This document shows positions 21,958 through 31,999 of a stretch of DNA of 64,000 nucleotides, piece after piece; position 1 is the stretch's first letter, and the number at the start of each line of letters is the position of its first letter. The notes under the pieces are model-generated. The model saw only the letters and a list, made by a program, of their open reading frames with translations, was not told the origin of the DNA and searched no databases. Origin of the DNA: Diplonema japonicum. Taxonomy: Eukaryota > Protista > Euglenozoa: Diplonemea. A program made the translations under genes and the position numbers. The stretch is from the NCBI GenBank assembly GCA_964019335.1, contig OZ025716.1, forward strand, positions 124,001 to 188,000, read 5' to 3'.

Positions 21958-22191
21958 GCGGGGGGGGGGGCGGGGGGGCGTCCCCTCCTCTTTTTTTTTC
22001 TTTCTTTTAGGCCCCACGTTGACACAGGAGCCGTTTCGCACACCGATCGTAGAAAAAAAAAAGAAAAAAAGTTATTATCAAGTTTTTTTTTTTCCTTTCC
22101 TTTGAAAGCATGGGCTAATGAAGCAACGACGAAATGGGAACCTGCTCTCGGAGGAAGAAGGGGTGGAGTTGGGGGGAGGGATGAAACAAAA

Positions 22192-22899
22192 ATGAAAGGT
22201 GACGGTCTCAACCTCCTTGCAAAGGCTTCTGACACAGAGAGGCCATGGCTCACACTATTCCTCGACACACCGCTCCTGCACACCATAGGGTACGGCGATC
22301 TGTGCTGGAAGCAGAGCAACAAGCAGCGCACCAAGCTCAACAACCTTCAAAGCAATCAATTTAGCAAATCGCTATCGACCCATGAGAAATGGTCCATTGA
22401 AGAGAGCGAGACGAAGTGCACAACATGGCTCCGTAGAAGCGACGAAGTGGTGTGGTTCAACAGCCTTTCGGTGGGCCAACGGGCTGTTCAGGTCTCGAAA
22501 CTCAGGGAAACCAACACCATTAAATCAGAATGGACACCCCAGCCCGCAAGGATGCACCATGTAGCAACAGGGCCCGAAGTCGGTGGTATGAAGCTCTCTG
22601 CGCTCATGGGCCTGCAGCGTGAGAGGATGAAAAGCTTGCAGCAGATCTTCTCCTGCCCACGGTCCCCAGCAGTAGTAGAGGCCTCACCCCACCACCCAAC
22701 CCCCCCACCACGACCCAAAACCAGGCTACGGGGTGTGTACCCCGGGTTCAGGAAAGCTAACGTGGTCTCCGCTTTACCGTTTATCAACACCACTTCTGTG
22801 ATGACGTTGATACCCTCGCCGCCACGCAACCCGCCGACGAGGAGCATCGTGGCACTGCCGTGCCATAGAAGCTCAAAACGAACGGTGAAGGGGGCGTGA
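22192..22899 (+). CDS. Hypothetical protein
   Basis: Open frame with coding-like composition between homopolymer-rich spacers, ATG after an A-run. No recognisable motif. Confidence 0.55.
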   Translation: MKGDGLNLLAKASDTERPWLTLFLDTPLLHTIGYGDLCWKQSNKQRTKLNNLQSNQFSKSLSTHEKWSIEESETKCTTWLRRSDEVVWFNSLSVGQRAVQVSKLRETNTIKSEWTPQPARMHHVATGPEVGGMKLSALMGLQRERMKSLQQIFSCPRSPAVVEASPHHPTPPPRPKTRLRGVYPGFRKANVVSALPFINTTSVMTLIPSPPRNPPTRSIVALPCHRSSKRTVKGA

Positions 22900-23013
22900 A
22901 AAAAAAAAAAAAACTTTCTTTTTTTCTTTTTTTTCAAACGGTGAGATATTTACAAAACTTACAGGGGGAGGGGACACAAAAAAAAAAAAAAAGGGAAAGC
23001 CAAAAAAAAGAAA

Positions 23014-25338
23014 ATGCCGTATGCGCTTTGCTGTCCTGCACAGCAACGTGACGCGTGTCACCGTTTGCTGCTGGAACAGTTCAATCAACACAAGGAAGGT
23101 GAGGTCGATGCTGCTTGGCGTGACGCCTACGCCGACGCAGAAGAACTCATTCGATGCAGCAAATCCGTTCAGAACGACGAGGAAACCCCTGTCATGTTCC
23201 AACAAAAGTGGGAACGATCCGTTGTCAAACCAGCAGAGGCGTTCTGCGCTCAAATGAAACTACTGCAAATGTCCTGGAGCCCGCTGTGCCAGTCCCTGGG
23301 ACAGTTCGAGAAGGAATGCTTAACCCCCTCCATGGACACGGAGTACTTCGACGCAACACAATCAATTCTATCTAAAGTAATACACGATCACTACAGGGGG
23401 TTGTTACAGCTACAAGTCTTTCAGTACTGGCACAGGGCGTTGTATGACATGTGTTTAACACATTTATCAGAGGAAAACGTTCTGATGTTGCGTGGAACGA
23501 AATGGTGGCGTTGCGACGCTGCGACCATGTTCTTTGATAGGAAAGCTGCCGTGACTCAAATGTCGAAGATTGTCGATAGGTACGCCAAGTTCAAGTCCAG
23601 AACAACTGGGTTCCGATGCAAAATCGAGGAAGCCGAAGCGGAACTGTCAAAACGTCGTGTTGCCCGGCCGCCTTCGCTCACGGACATGTGGTTATTCGGG
23701 ACTTGCTGCGGGATCGTGGTGTCAATGGGATCCATTTTGCTATTCGTTCTCTTTTTCTCGAACCCTCACCCGGCTTACAACCCAGACGTCCACCTATGGG
23801 GTGTTCTACCATACTTTCGTGGATATCTATTGATATACCTAACAATATGGTGCTGGGCAGGGGCTGTGTACCACATGGAAACGTACCGCATTAACTACCC
23901 GTACCTGCTAGGTCTCGTGGGGTCCACGATCGGCGCCATTCAAATCGCGAAGATTGCGGCGTTTCTTACTGCGTTGTGGACGTTTTGTTTCACGTTTTAT
24001 ATAGCGTCTGCGAAGTGCGCGTTGGATTTCTTGCCGTTTGTCGACAATCGGTGGTACATTCTCGTCAATGCGGTGGGGCCTGTGTTGTTCCTGATGATGC
24101 CCGGAGGGTGTTTCGAGGGCAACACGCGGTCTTGGTTTTTGAAGACAATCCTCCAGGTGTTCTCGACCCCGTTCATCCCTGTTACCTTCGCCGCGAATTT
24201 TCTCACGGATTACCTGACATCGATGGTCAAACCCTTGCTCGATATTATAACCACCTGGGAGGCGATCTTCTCCGGAACGATCCTGTCGGAGTCGCAGGTG
24301 GCGTCGAAACCTGTCCTCACCCCTGTTGTGATATTACTGCCGCTCTTGTGGAGGTTGATGCAGTGCCTTTCCAAGTCGTTTTCGGTGTTCGCCCCTGTTC
24401 AGGTTGTACCGCAAGTGTGTTTAGGCGGACGACCACACCCGCTTATAGGGAGGTGGAAAATCTCGGGAGCATCAACCACCCTCACAATTACTGTCACGGA
24501 AAGCAAGCAGTTAACGCTGCAAATCCACGATGACTCATACGTCCTTGTAAGGGAAACCGACAGACATTACAGCTGCCTAGTGGGAGGCACGTGTGAAAGG
24601 GAACTCGCGCTCTCTGTTCTGTCGAACAGCGAGCTGGCCGTCACCTACGTGAAAAGCAGAACGCCGCTGGAAACGGTTACCAAGACCGCGAAGAAGTGTG
24701 TTCCCAAAGCCTTCATAGTGTGGCCGCACGGGATGAACGCTCTAAAGTACGTAGTGTCACTGCTTCCTGTCATCCTGACGCTTCTGTCCGACTTAAGCCA
24801 GAATGTGTATGTTTTCCTGCTTTTAGTGTCAACGTGCTACTCGTTCCTTTGGGACGTCTTCATGGACTGGGGTCTGTGGAAGAACGACACATTTCCAGGT
24901 AAGGATCTCGTCCCGTGGTACTTCGGGTTGGTGTGGCGAAGGACATCCTCGGGGACCGTGGATACCGGTCACAAAGTTTTTTACTACACCCTTGTAGGGT
25001 GCAACTTTATTGGTAGGTGTGCTTGGGCGGTTACTCTTGTATCGGATCTGCATCTGGTGGGGATTAGCTCGCTTGGGAACGCTGAGCTTGTTATTTTGCT
25101 GGCCTCGTTGGTAGAGGTCCTTCGTCGGTCCATCTGGGCGCGCCTCCGTCTAGGGCACGAGCAGGTGGCAGACGTTGGGAACTACAGGCATGGTGATGGG
25201 TACCGCGACGTCCCACCGTTGATATCCAAGAAGACCCCATGGACGACACCCAAGGGCTTCACCGTGCTGCAGAAGCTTAAAATCGGGTCCACAGAGTTTG
25301 CGGAACACCTCGAAAAACAACAGGAAAAAACGTATTGA
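23014..25338 (+). CDS. EXS-domain (XPR1/PHO1/SYG1-like) phosphate exporter family protein with divergent N-terminus
   Basis: YRINYPYL, VTFAANFLTDYLTSMVK, WRLMQCL, NALKY, YSFLWDVFMDWGL, EVLRRSIWARLRL. Confidence 0.9.
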   Translation: MPYALCCPAQQRDACHRLLLEQFNQHKEGEVDAAWRDAYADAEELIRCSKSVQNDEETPVMFQQKWERSVVKPAEAFCAQMKLLQMSWSPLCQSLGQFEKECLTPSMDTEYFDATQSILSKVIHDHYRGLLQLQVFQYWHRALYDMCLTHLSEENVLMLRGTKWWRCDAATMFFDRKAAVTQMSKIVDRYAKFKSRTTGFRCKIEEAEAELSKRRVARPPSLTDMWLFGTCCGIVVSMGSILLFVLFFSNPHPAYNPDVHLWGVLPYFRGYLLIYLTIWCWAGAVYHMETYRINYPYLLGLVGSTIGAIQIAKIAAFLTALWTFCFTFYIASAKCALDFLPFVDNRWYILVNAVGPVLFLMMPGGCFEGNTRSWFLKTILQVFSTPFIPVTFAANFLTDYLTSMVKPLLDIITTWEAIFSGTILSESQVASKPVLTPVVILLPLLWRLMQCLSKSFSVFAPVQVVPQVCLGGRPHPLIGRWKISGASTTLTITVTESKQLTLQIHDDSYVLVRETDRHYSCLVGGTCERELALSVLSNSELAVTYVKSRTPLETVTKTAKKCVPKAFIVWPHGMNALKYVVSLLPVILTLLSDLSQNVYVFLLLVSTCYSFLWDVFMDWGLWKNDTFPGKDLVPWYFGLVWRRTSSGTVDTGHKVFYYTLVGCNFIGRCAWAVTLVSDLHLVGISSLGNAELVILLASLVEVLRRSIWARLRLGHEQVADVGNYRHGDGYRDVPPLISKKTPWTTPKGFTVLQKLKIGSTEFAEHLEKQQEKTY

Positions 25339-25545
25339 GGCTATACCAGCTAGCCGGCAGCACTGATATATCGGTTTTCTTCTTTTTTTTTTTTTTTTAT
25401 TTTCTGCACGAATAGACAGTTTCTTGTTGCAAGGGCGCCAACCAAACACCGCTTTTTTTTACCTTTCTGTGTCACCTATGTAATCTACGAACAGGTCGGG
25501 GGGAGGGGGGAGGGGGGGAAGAGAGGGGAAAAAAAAAAAAAAAAA

Positions 25546-26856
25546 ATGGGCTTTGCATCGGGGGCATCCTCTGTGTCTTACAGGGAGCCGTCAAAAAGGC
25601 ATCCTGAGACCTCATCTGAATGGTTCACGTACATTCTGACAATGTGTTTGGGTGTGGGGAGCTGGGTGACTATTAACGGCGTCTTCCAACAACTGCCCAT
25701 ATTGGTGGACCAACCGGAAGGGTGGTCGCTCCCCAGCTACATAACGGTGGTGATCCAGCTAGCCAACGTGGGACCGCTTCTCTTGCTAGGAATGCAAAGG
25801 GCAACGGGAAGCGATCTAACTACAGGAGGCGTCATTTCCGGCTTGCTGATCAATATTTTATCTATGGCGCTGCTGGCCACCGGTGCGTGGAGCACCACAA
25901 TGAACATAGCAGGCTCAGAACACAGTGTTGTGTTGCTTGCTTTGATATTCACGGCATCGTCAGCGGATTGCTTGTCTTCGGTGACATTCTGGCCGTTTAT
26001 TGCTTTGTTCAAACTGGATTACCTGTACACATCATTGTCTATAGGGGAAGGATTCTCTGCTGTGCTCCCTGCGATTTTGTCGTTCATACAACAGCCTGGA
26101 AATGACAATCCATTGTTTTCTGCGAATCTTTTCTTCATGCTGTTGGGGGTCATGATGACCGGGGTTGGTTTTGCATTCGGGCTGCTTGTTGCTCGAGTAC
26201 CCGTTCAGTTCGAAATTGACGACGATGACCGGACCGAATCTATTGTGTGTACTGATGATGAAGGATGCGACAGGGCTACGCTGACAATGCTTAGCGGTGA
26301 TGGTGGTGATGATGATGATGATGGTGGTGGGGGTACGGTGATATTTCCTTTTTTCATGCTGTTCTCATGTTCGTTTCTTCAAAACGGCGCGTTGCTGTCG
26401 ACACAGACGTTTACCACGCAGCCTTACAGCAATGTTGTCTATCAGGTCGCGCTGTCTCTTTCCATGTTTATCGAGCCTATCGGGTCTGCTTTGGCAATAT
26501 TGTATCCGTCTATTTTGCCGAAGGAACAGTTATATTGGTTGAGTGCTGTTCTTTTGTGTACAGGGTACCAGCTTGTTCTAGCAGGATTGTCGCCGAATCC
26601 TCCTTTCAGAGGGTCGTTTTTGGGGCCTTTTTTAACAGTTGGAACGTCAACGGTAGCTTCCTTCGTTATTTCGTATCTTAAGACAGTTGCAATGTTGTGG
26701 TTGAAGCGATGCGTGAATGGTGGGGAGGTGCAGGGTGCGATGCAGAGGGCGGGCGTTGCGATCCAGCTCGGGTCTTTTGTCGGGGCGTCGCTGTTCTTCC
26801 TCCTCATCGTGGTGCTGCAAGTTTTCGAAGAAGCAAGCGGGAGCGGAAGCTGGTGA
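25546..26856 (+). CDS. SLC52-type riboflavin transporter family protein
   Basis: GVGSWVTINGVFQQLPILVDQPEGWSLPSYITVVIQLANVGP, DCLSSVTFWPF, IGEGFS, AIQLGSFVG. Confidence 0.85.
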   Translation: MGFASGASSVSYREPSKRHPETSSEWFTYILTMCLGVGSWVTINGVFQQLPILVDQPEGWSLPSYITVVIQLANVGPLLLLGMQRATGSDLTTGGVISGLLINILSMALLATGAWSTTMNIAGSEHSVVLLALIFTASSADCLSSVTFWPFIALFKLDYLYTSLSIGEGFSAVLPAILSFIQQPGNDNPLFSANLFFMLLGVMMTGVGFAFGLLVARVPVQFEIDDDDRTESIVCTDDEGCDRATLTMLSGDGGDDDDDGGGGTVIFPFFMLFSCSFLQNGALLSTQTFTTQPYSNVVYQVALSLSMFIEPIGSALAILYPSILPKEQLYWLSAVLLCTGYQLVLAGLSPNPPFRGSFLGPFLTVGTSTVASFVISYLKTVAMLWLKRCVNGGEVQGAMQRAGVAIQLGSFVGASLFFLLIVVLQVFEEASGSGSW

Positions 26857-27075
26857 AGAATTTTTTTTTTCCCCCCCCTAGAAAGTACATTGTTAGATTA
26901 TATAATTTTTTTTTTTTTTTTGCGGTTGAGAAACTTCTTGGCAGTGAAAGTGGAACCACTGGCATTTCTTTCTTTTTTTTTTTTTTTTTTTTTTTTTATA
27001 TTTTACCCCCCTCCGAATGATATATACCCTGCTCAGTATAGCAGCATTCATATTAAAATCATGTTGACGGATTTC

Positions 27076-27111
<36 letters not shown>

Positions 27112-27400
27112 GGGTTCCTATTGTTTAAACCGCCTTTTTATTTTATTTTTATTTTTTCACGTGTGAAATCAGAAAGCATCTGATTTTTTTATTTTTATTT
27201 TTTGTTGCTTCTTGGGGGGTGGTCTTCAAGTTGATCTCCCCTTTCTTCTTGTTCAGAGAGCCCCGTGGGGGATTTCGTTTTTTTTTTTTCTTTTTTTTTT
27301 TTCCAAATTCTTTTTTCAAAAAAAAAAAAAAAAAAAACACACACACAGGAGTAGGAAAAAAAAAAAAAAAAAAAAGAGGAGAAGAAAAAAGGAAAGGGAG

Positions 27401-27431
<31 letters not shown>

Positions 27432-27451
27432 AAAAAAAAAAAAAAAGAACA

Positions 27452-28102
27452 ATGGCCGGCGTACCCAGCCGAAAATCGTACAACGATGTTGGCAAGCTGC
27501 CGAGTTACACCACCGCCCTTCCCGGGATCTCGGAGTTGCTTAATAAAATGGTCACGAAAGGGGACGGGAAATCAAGGGGAGGGGAACGGACGGCCTTCGA
27601 TGGGAGCAAGCCCGCACCGGTGTCGATTCAGGATTACTTAATTAGAATGTGCAAGTATGGTTATTGCAGCCCGGAGGTGTTCATTTGCCTTGTTATCTAC
27701 CTGGGTCGTATCCGTGCGAAAATGGGGACGAATTTCACTTCTTACAATATTCATCGGCTCCTCTTAACTGCTTTTGTAGTTGCTGCCAAGTTGAGGGATG
27801 ATACCTACTATTCGAATAAGTACTATGCCTCTATTGGGGGTGTTACGCTGCAGGATATGAATAAGATGGAGCAGAGCTTCCTTAGATATACCTCATGGGA
27901 ATTGCACATCAGAAAATCGGAGTACGACCAGTACTTCGCTGCGATGCACTCCTCTTCAAAGCCTCGCGCCTCGCCGACTTCCTCCCCGTCTTCGAAAACA
28001 GCTCAACTCACCTCCACAACCTCCAGCACCGCCGCCACCACCCCGCAGCAACAACAGCATCAGCAGAGCAAGTTAGCAAAACTTAATCAACCGAATTATT
28101 GA
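27452..28102 (+). CDS. PHO80-like (cyclin U/P) cyclin
   Basis: PVSIQDYLIRM, YNIHRLLLTAFVVAAKLRDDTYYSNKYYASIGGVTLQDMNKMEQSFL. Confidence 0.92.
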   Translation: MAGVPSRKSYNDVGKLPSYTTALPGISELLNKMVTKGDGKSRGGERTAFDGSKPAPVSIQDYLIRMCKYGYCSPEVFICLVIYLGRIRAKMGTNFTSYNIHRLLLTAFVVAAKLRDDTYYSNKYYASIGGVTLQDMNKMEQSFLRYTSWELHIRKSEYDQYFAAMHSSSKPRASPTSSPSSKTAQLTSTTSSTAATTPQQQQHQQSKLAKLNQPNY

Positions 28103-28105
28103 AGT

Positions 28106-28140
<35 letters not shown>

Positions 28141-28595
28141 ATTAGAATTTTTTTTTTCCCCCTCCCGTTTTTTTTTCTTTTTTTTCTCCCCTCCCGTCCA
28201 CCCTTCGTTTTGATGATTTTTTTTTTTTTTTTTTTTTTGGTTAAAACGCTTTTGTTTTTCGGTAACTTTTTTTTTTTGTTTTGGTGAAAAAAAAAAGTGA
28301 CATAAATGAGAACAAGGGGCGCGTCTCATAAAGACCTCCTTAACTCATTTTTTTCTTCTTCTTTTTGTTGTTTTGGTAAAAAATCTTTTTTTTTTTTTTT
28401 TCGCACAAAAAAAAAAAAAAAAAGTTACTGGGAAAAAAAACGTTGTTTTTACCTGCTTTTTTTTTATTATTTTTGAATGAATATATCTTAAATGAGTGAA
28501 TCATCTAACCCATGCATGTCCTTTTCCCCCCTCGTTAAAGTTGCAGAAAACGCGAGTTCTGAGCAGGTCTGTGATGCTCATAAAAAAAAAAAAAA

Positions 28596-28747
28596 AATAA
28601 TAACTATTTATTGCCAACAAATAATGAGTCATAATTTAACTCGAGTTCCCGAATTTTTTGCACGAGGGCCCGCAGGGCCCGAGTGCAAAAAAACGGTAAC
28701 GAGAGTTAAATTATGGCTCATTTGGCGGCAAGTAAGTCGTTTTATTT
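28596..28747 (+). other. Long imperfect hairpin at the element end (GCA triloop, tandem GA mismatches)
   Basis: ...cataatttaactc GA gttcccgaattttttgcac GA gggccc GCA gggccc GA gtgcaaaaaaacggtaac GA gagttaaattatg... Confidence 0.9.
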
Positions 28748-28775
28748 CACTCTTCGTCATTTGAGTCACTCACTC

Positions 28776-29807
28776 TCACTCACTCTCACTGCTTTCACCG
28801 CTGCTTTCCTCACACGGGTCAGCTTTTTTTGGGGGGACAGGCATTTGGTTATTGTTGATATTGATTGTGACGTAGTCGCTAATATTTGAGAAATAAATAG
28901 TTTGACCCGGTTGGACACTGTTGGGGGCGGGCTGTGGCAGTCCAGGCTGTTGTGTGTTGGGAACCAAGGCAGGATTTCCAGGCTGCTGTTGTGAGGGCAG
29001 GCAAGGAATGTTCAGCTGCTGCGACACAGTCCTAATCAGCTTTTTGCTTTTATCGATGTAGCCCTGGGCTACTGAAACCGAGTTCCAGCTAAAAGATTTC
29101 ATCAGCGTGGCTATGTCGGCGCCCCCTTCACAAGCAGCTGTAGCGGCACTCCTCCTCATCGAATGCGAAGTGTACTTCGACGGGCAGCTCTTGCCTAGCA
29201 GGCTGGCCACTACTTTGGTGACGTTCCTCACGGTGTTGATCCCTAACCTGGACGCAACAAACCCCTTACCCGTTCTGTGTATGGGCTGCCCTCCAAAGGA
29301 ACGGTTTCTTGTCGTCAACAGAGGAAAAATAGATGTTGAAAACATCGGCTGCGAGTACTCTAGCTCGTACAGCTCGTCCCCCCTCAACCCCCCGTAATAA
29401 CCACAAACAAACATTGCTCTGTTCACGGTAAAAACGTTGGCCTTCATATGCTCAGGGCATTCGAGGGTGAGCAACGTAGAGAGGTCCTCCATGTTGAATA
29501 CCTCAGCTTTTCTGACAACCCGGGTCGTGGAGGATTCCGACCTCTTCAAAAAGAGTTTGAGCTCTTTCCACTCCTTTTCATCAGCCCCATAAATTGCAAC
29601 GAAGACAGCCCGGATTTGGCTATACAGCGTCCACGCGATGCCACAGCTGTACCCATCAGCAAGTTTCTGCTTAAGATAGGAGATGACATCAGCTTCTTTC
29701 GGCTTCGTATGCTTGGACCAGAAGTTTTCCCATGCTGTTTTGTAAATCTCAGCTGACTTCCTGGGGAGTTTTTCTTCCCAGTTCGAACACTTTTTAACCT
29801 TTGGCAT
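28776..29807 (-). pseudogene. Tyrosine recombinase (CryptonI-like), probably internally deleted
   Basis: LPRKSAEIY, GLRGDEL (catalytic R), YTSHSMRRSAAT (HxxR), WNSVSVAQGYI (catalytic Y). R-to-HxxR spacing is only ~70 aa. Likely start MPKVKK at 29807. Confidence 0.8.
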
Positions 29808-31968
29808 GATTGCGATGCGATTTGTAGTGCTGTTAGGTGGTTTTTTTGCTGAAATTTCCCTAAGGTGATATGGGGGTGGCAATTTCGCTATGGCATTTAA
29901 AGGGGAAGTAAAGCGCTTATTCCCACTTTTAAGGGCTGGAATGGCCTCAGATGGCCAAAAATAGTCAAAATACCCCCACCCCAAAAAAATTTTTCAAGGG
30001 GGTGGGTACATTTTTTTCACGACGAGACCCATTTTTTTCACTCTGAATGGCCATTATTTAACTGCAAAATCTCATTATTTAACTAGTTAAATAATGGCGA
30101 TTTCGCGTTAAATAATGAGGCCCCTAGTGAGTGAAGAAAATGACGAAGAGTGAAATAAAAAAAAAAAAAAAAGGCGGGCAGCCACTCGAGGATGTGTCGA
30201 AAGGCTGAATAGAAAATATGATTTTTTTTCTTTTTTCTTTTTTTTTTTTTCTTAATTATCCGAAGCGGAAGAAAAAAAAGAGAAAAAAAATCTGATGGGA
30301 ATTTTTTTTCCCCCCCCTTTTTTTTTTTTTGGGCTTAAAAGTTGCCTGATCTTTTGGCATCCCGGGGGGATGGGGGGGGGGGGTGAGGAAAGTGGGGGAA
30401 CATTTGATAAATTGGAAGGAACGCGAAATTGGCGTAAACTCGGGAGGAAAGGATGGTGAGTAGCTCACCCTAAGGTATAACTACGACATAAAGAGCTCCC
30501 CTCGTGAAACTAAAAATATTTATTTTTTTTTTTTTGCGTGCGTGTGAGGAACAAAAAAAAATTACCTTCTCCCCCCCGGGGGGGGGGGGGGGGGGAGCGC
30601 AACATTTCTGTACTAGGTCTTTAGTTCAGCATTTCTACCAAGAAATTACGAAAATTCGCCCCCCCCCCCCTCCCCCCCCGTAAGAAGGGAAAGAAAAAAA
30701 AAAAAAAACTAAAAACTAAACTAAGTTATCAGAAGGAGGGGGAAAAAAAAAATGTGGGGGAAGGCAGCGTTCTGCGTTTTTACAAAATAAAATCCTCTAA
30801 AAAATTTTGTAAAAAAAAAAAAAAAAAAAGTTGAGCATTGAACGCCAACACGCGGGGGGGGGTTTGCTGTGCTTGTCACTATTTTTTCTTTCTCCCACCA
30901 CCCCCCCCCTCCCCGCTTTTTTTTCTCTCTTCCCCCCCCCCTTTTTTTCTCTTGTGCAGCTTTATTTTTACCCTTTATTTTCTCTTTTTTTTCTTTTCTC
31001 CCCCCCTTTTTTTGACATATGTGTTCGTCTCAACTTTGAACTTTTAAAGTAGAGGGGAAAGAAAAAAAAAAAAAAAAAAAAAAAAAAGCCATACCTACCC
31101 CCTTCTGAGCATCGGTGCGATTAGCAACAAAAGGGGTTTGTTGACAAGTAATATCTTGCTATTCTTTGTCGCTGTGAAAAAAGGCATTTCTTCGTTCTAG
31201 TTGTAAGGCAAATCTTCTTTGCCAGTTTTTTTTTTTTGCCCCCCCTCTCTTTGGTACTGAAATAGGTATATTTTTCTCCCTTCCCTTATCCCCCCCCCCC
31301 CTTTTTTTTCCCTCCCTACTGCCGCCAAAGTAAAAGTTTGCGATCACGTTTTTGCTTTTTTTTTAAAATTACTGGAAAAAAAAAAAAAGAAAAAAAAAAA
31401 AAGGTCGGCCTGTCAAATCCCAGATGCTGGGGAAAGAAGAAAAAAAAAAATTGTCAGTCCTGCATTCTTTTTTTTTTTATTTTATATTTTACAGTGTTTT
31501 AAAATTTGCATTTACCATCAGGAATTCTTCAGGGGGAGGAAAAAGAGAAAAAAAAAAAAAATACTCTGTGAGTGAGCGAGCAAATACCACCTTTGCAGCA
31601 AAAATACATGGTCTTTCTGTTTTAGTCATGTCCCAAGGAAAAATAGGCCTTGCATACACCCGACTTAATCTTTTTTTCAGATAAGAGAAAACACATACAA
31701 AAAAAAAAAGATGGGGGGGGAAAAACTAGAGATTTACCAAAAAGAAAGAAAAGAGAAAAGAGAAAAAAAAAAGAAGAGGGAAAGAAAAAAAAAATAAAAA
31801 AAATAAAAATAAAAAAGGGAGGGGCACAAAAAAAAATACTATATATTCGCAAAACAAAACTACTACTTTAAGAAAATTTGCAAAATATTTCCGGTCCTAA
31901 TTCTCTTTTGGTTATTGACAGCATAACAGGTTAAAAGAAATTTGGGAAAGAAAATCGGGGAGGGAAAC

Positions 31969-31999
<31 letters not shown>

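Larger units (their letters stand above)
28595..30160 (-). mobile_element. Crypton-like tyrosine-recombinase DNA transposon with terminal hairpin and asymmetric inverted repeats
   Basis: YR ORF. Inverted repeat ttttatttcactcttcgtcatt (~28740-28761) / aatgacgaagagtgaaataaaa (~30139-30160). Hairpin 28596-28747, A-runs on both sides, related copies elsewhere in the window. Confidence 0.85.

Noticed and set aside
23014-28102. Phosphate-regulon cluster (EXS exporter and PHO80-like cyclin)
   Set aside because: Only two genes, separated by an unrelated transporter; adjacency in such clusters is rarely functional.
29808-29984. N-terminal 59-aa extension of the YR ORF
   Set aside because: Non-ATG start; much of the region is retained in the non-coding derivative at 62566-62660, so it is probably subterminal or UTR sequence.
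28595-30160. Helentron/Helitron2 identity (asymmetric IRs plus hairpin)
   Set aside because: No Rep/helicase. The encoded protein is a tyrosine recombinase and the hairpin is far longer than Helitron terminators. Capture of a YR by such an element cannot be fully excluded.
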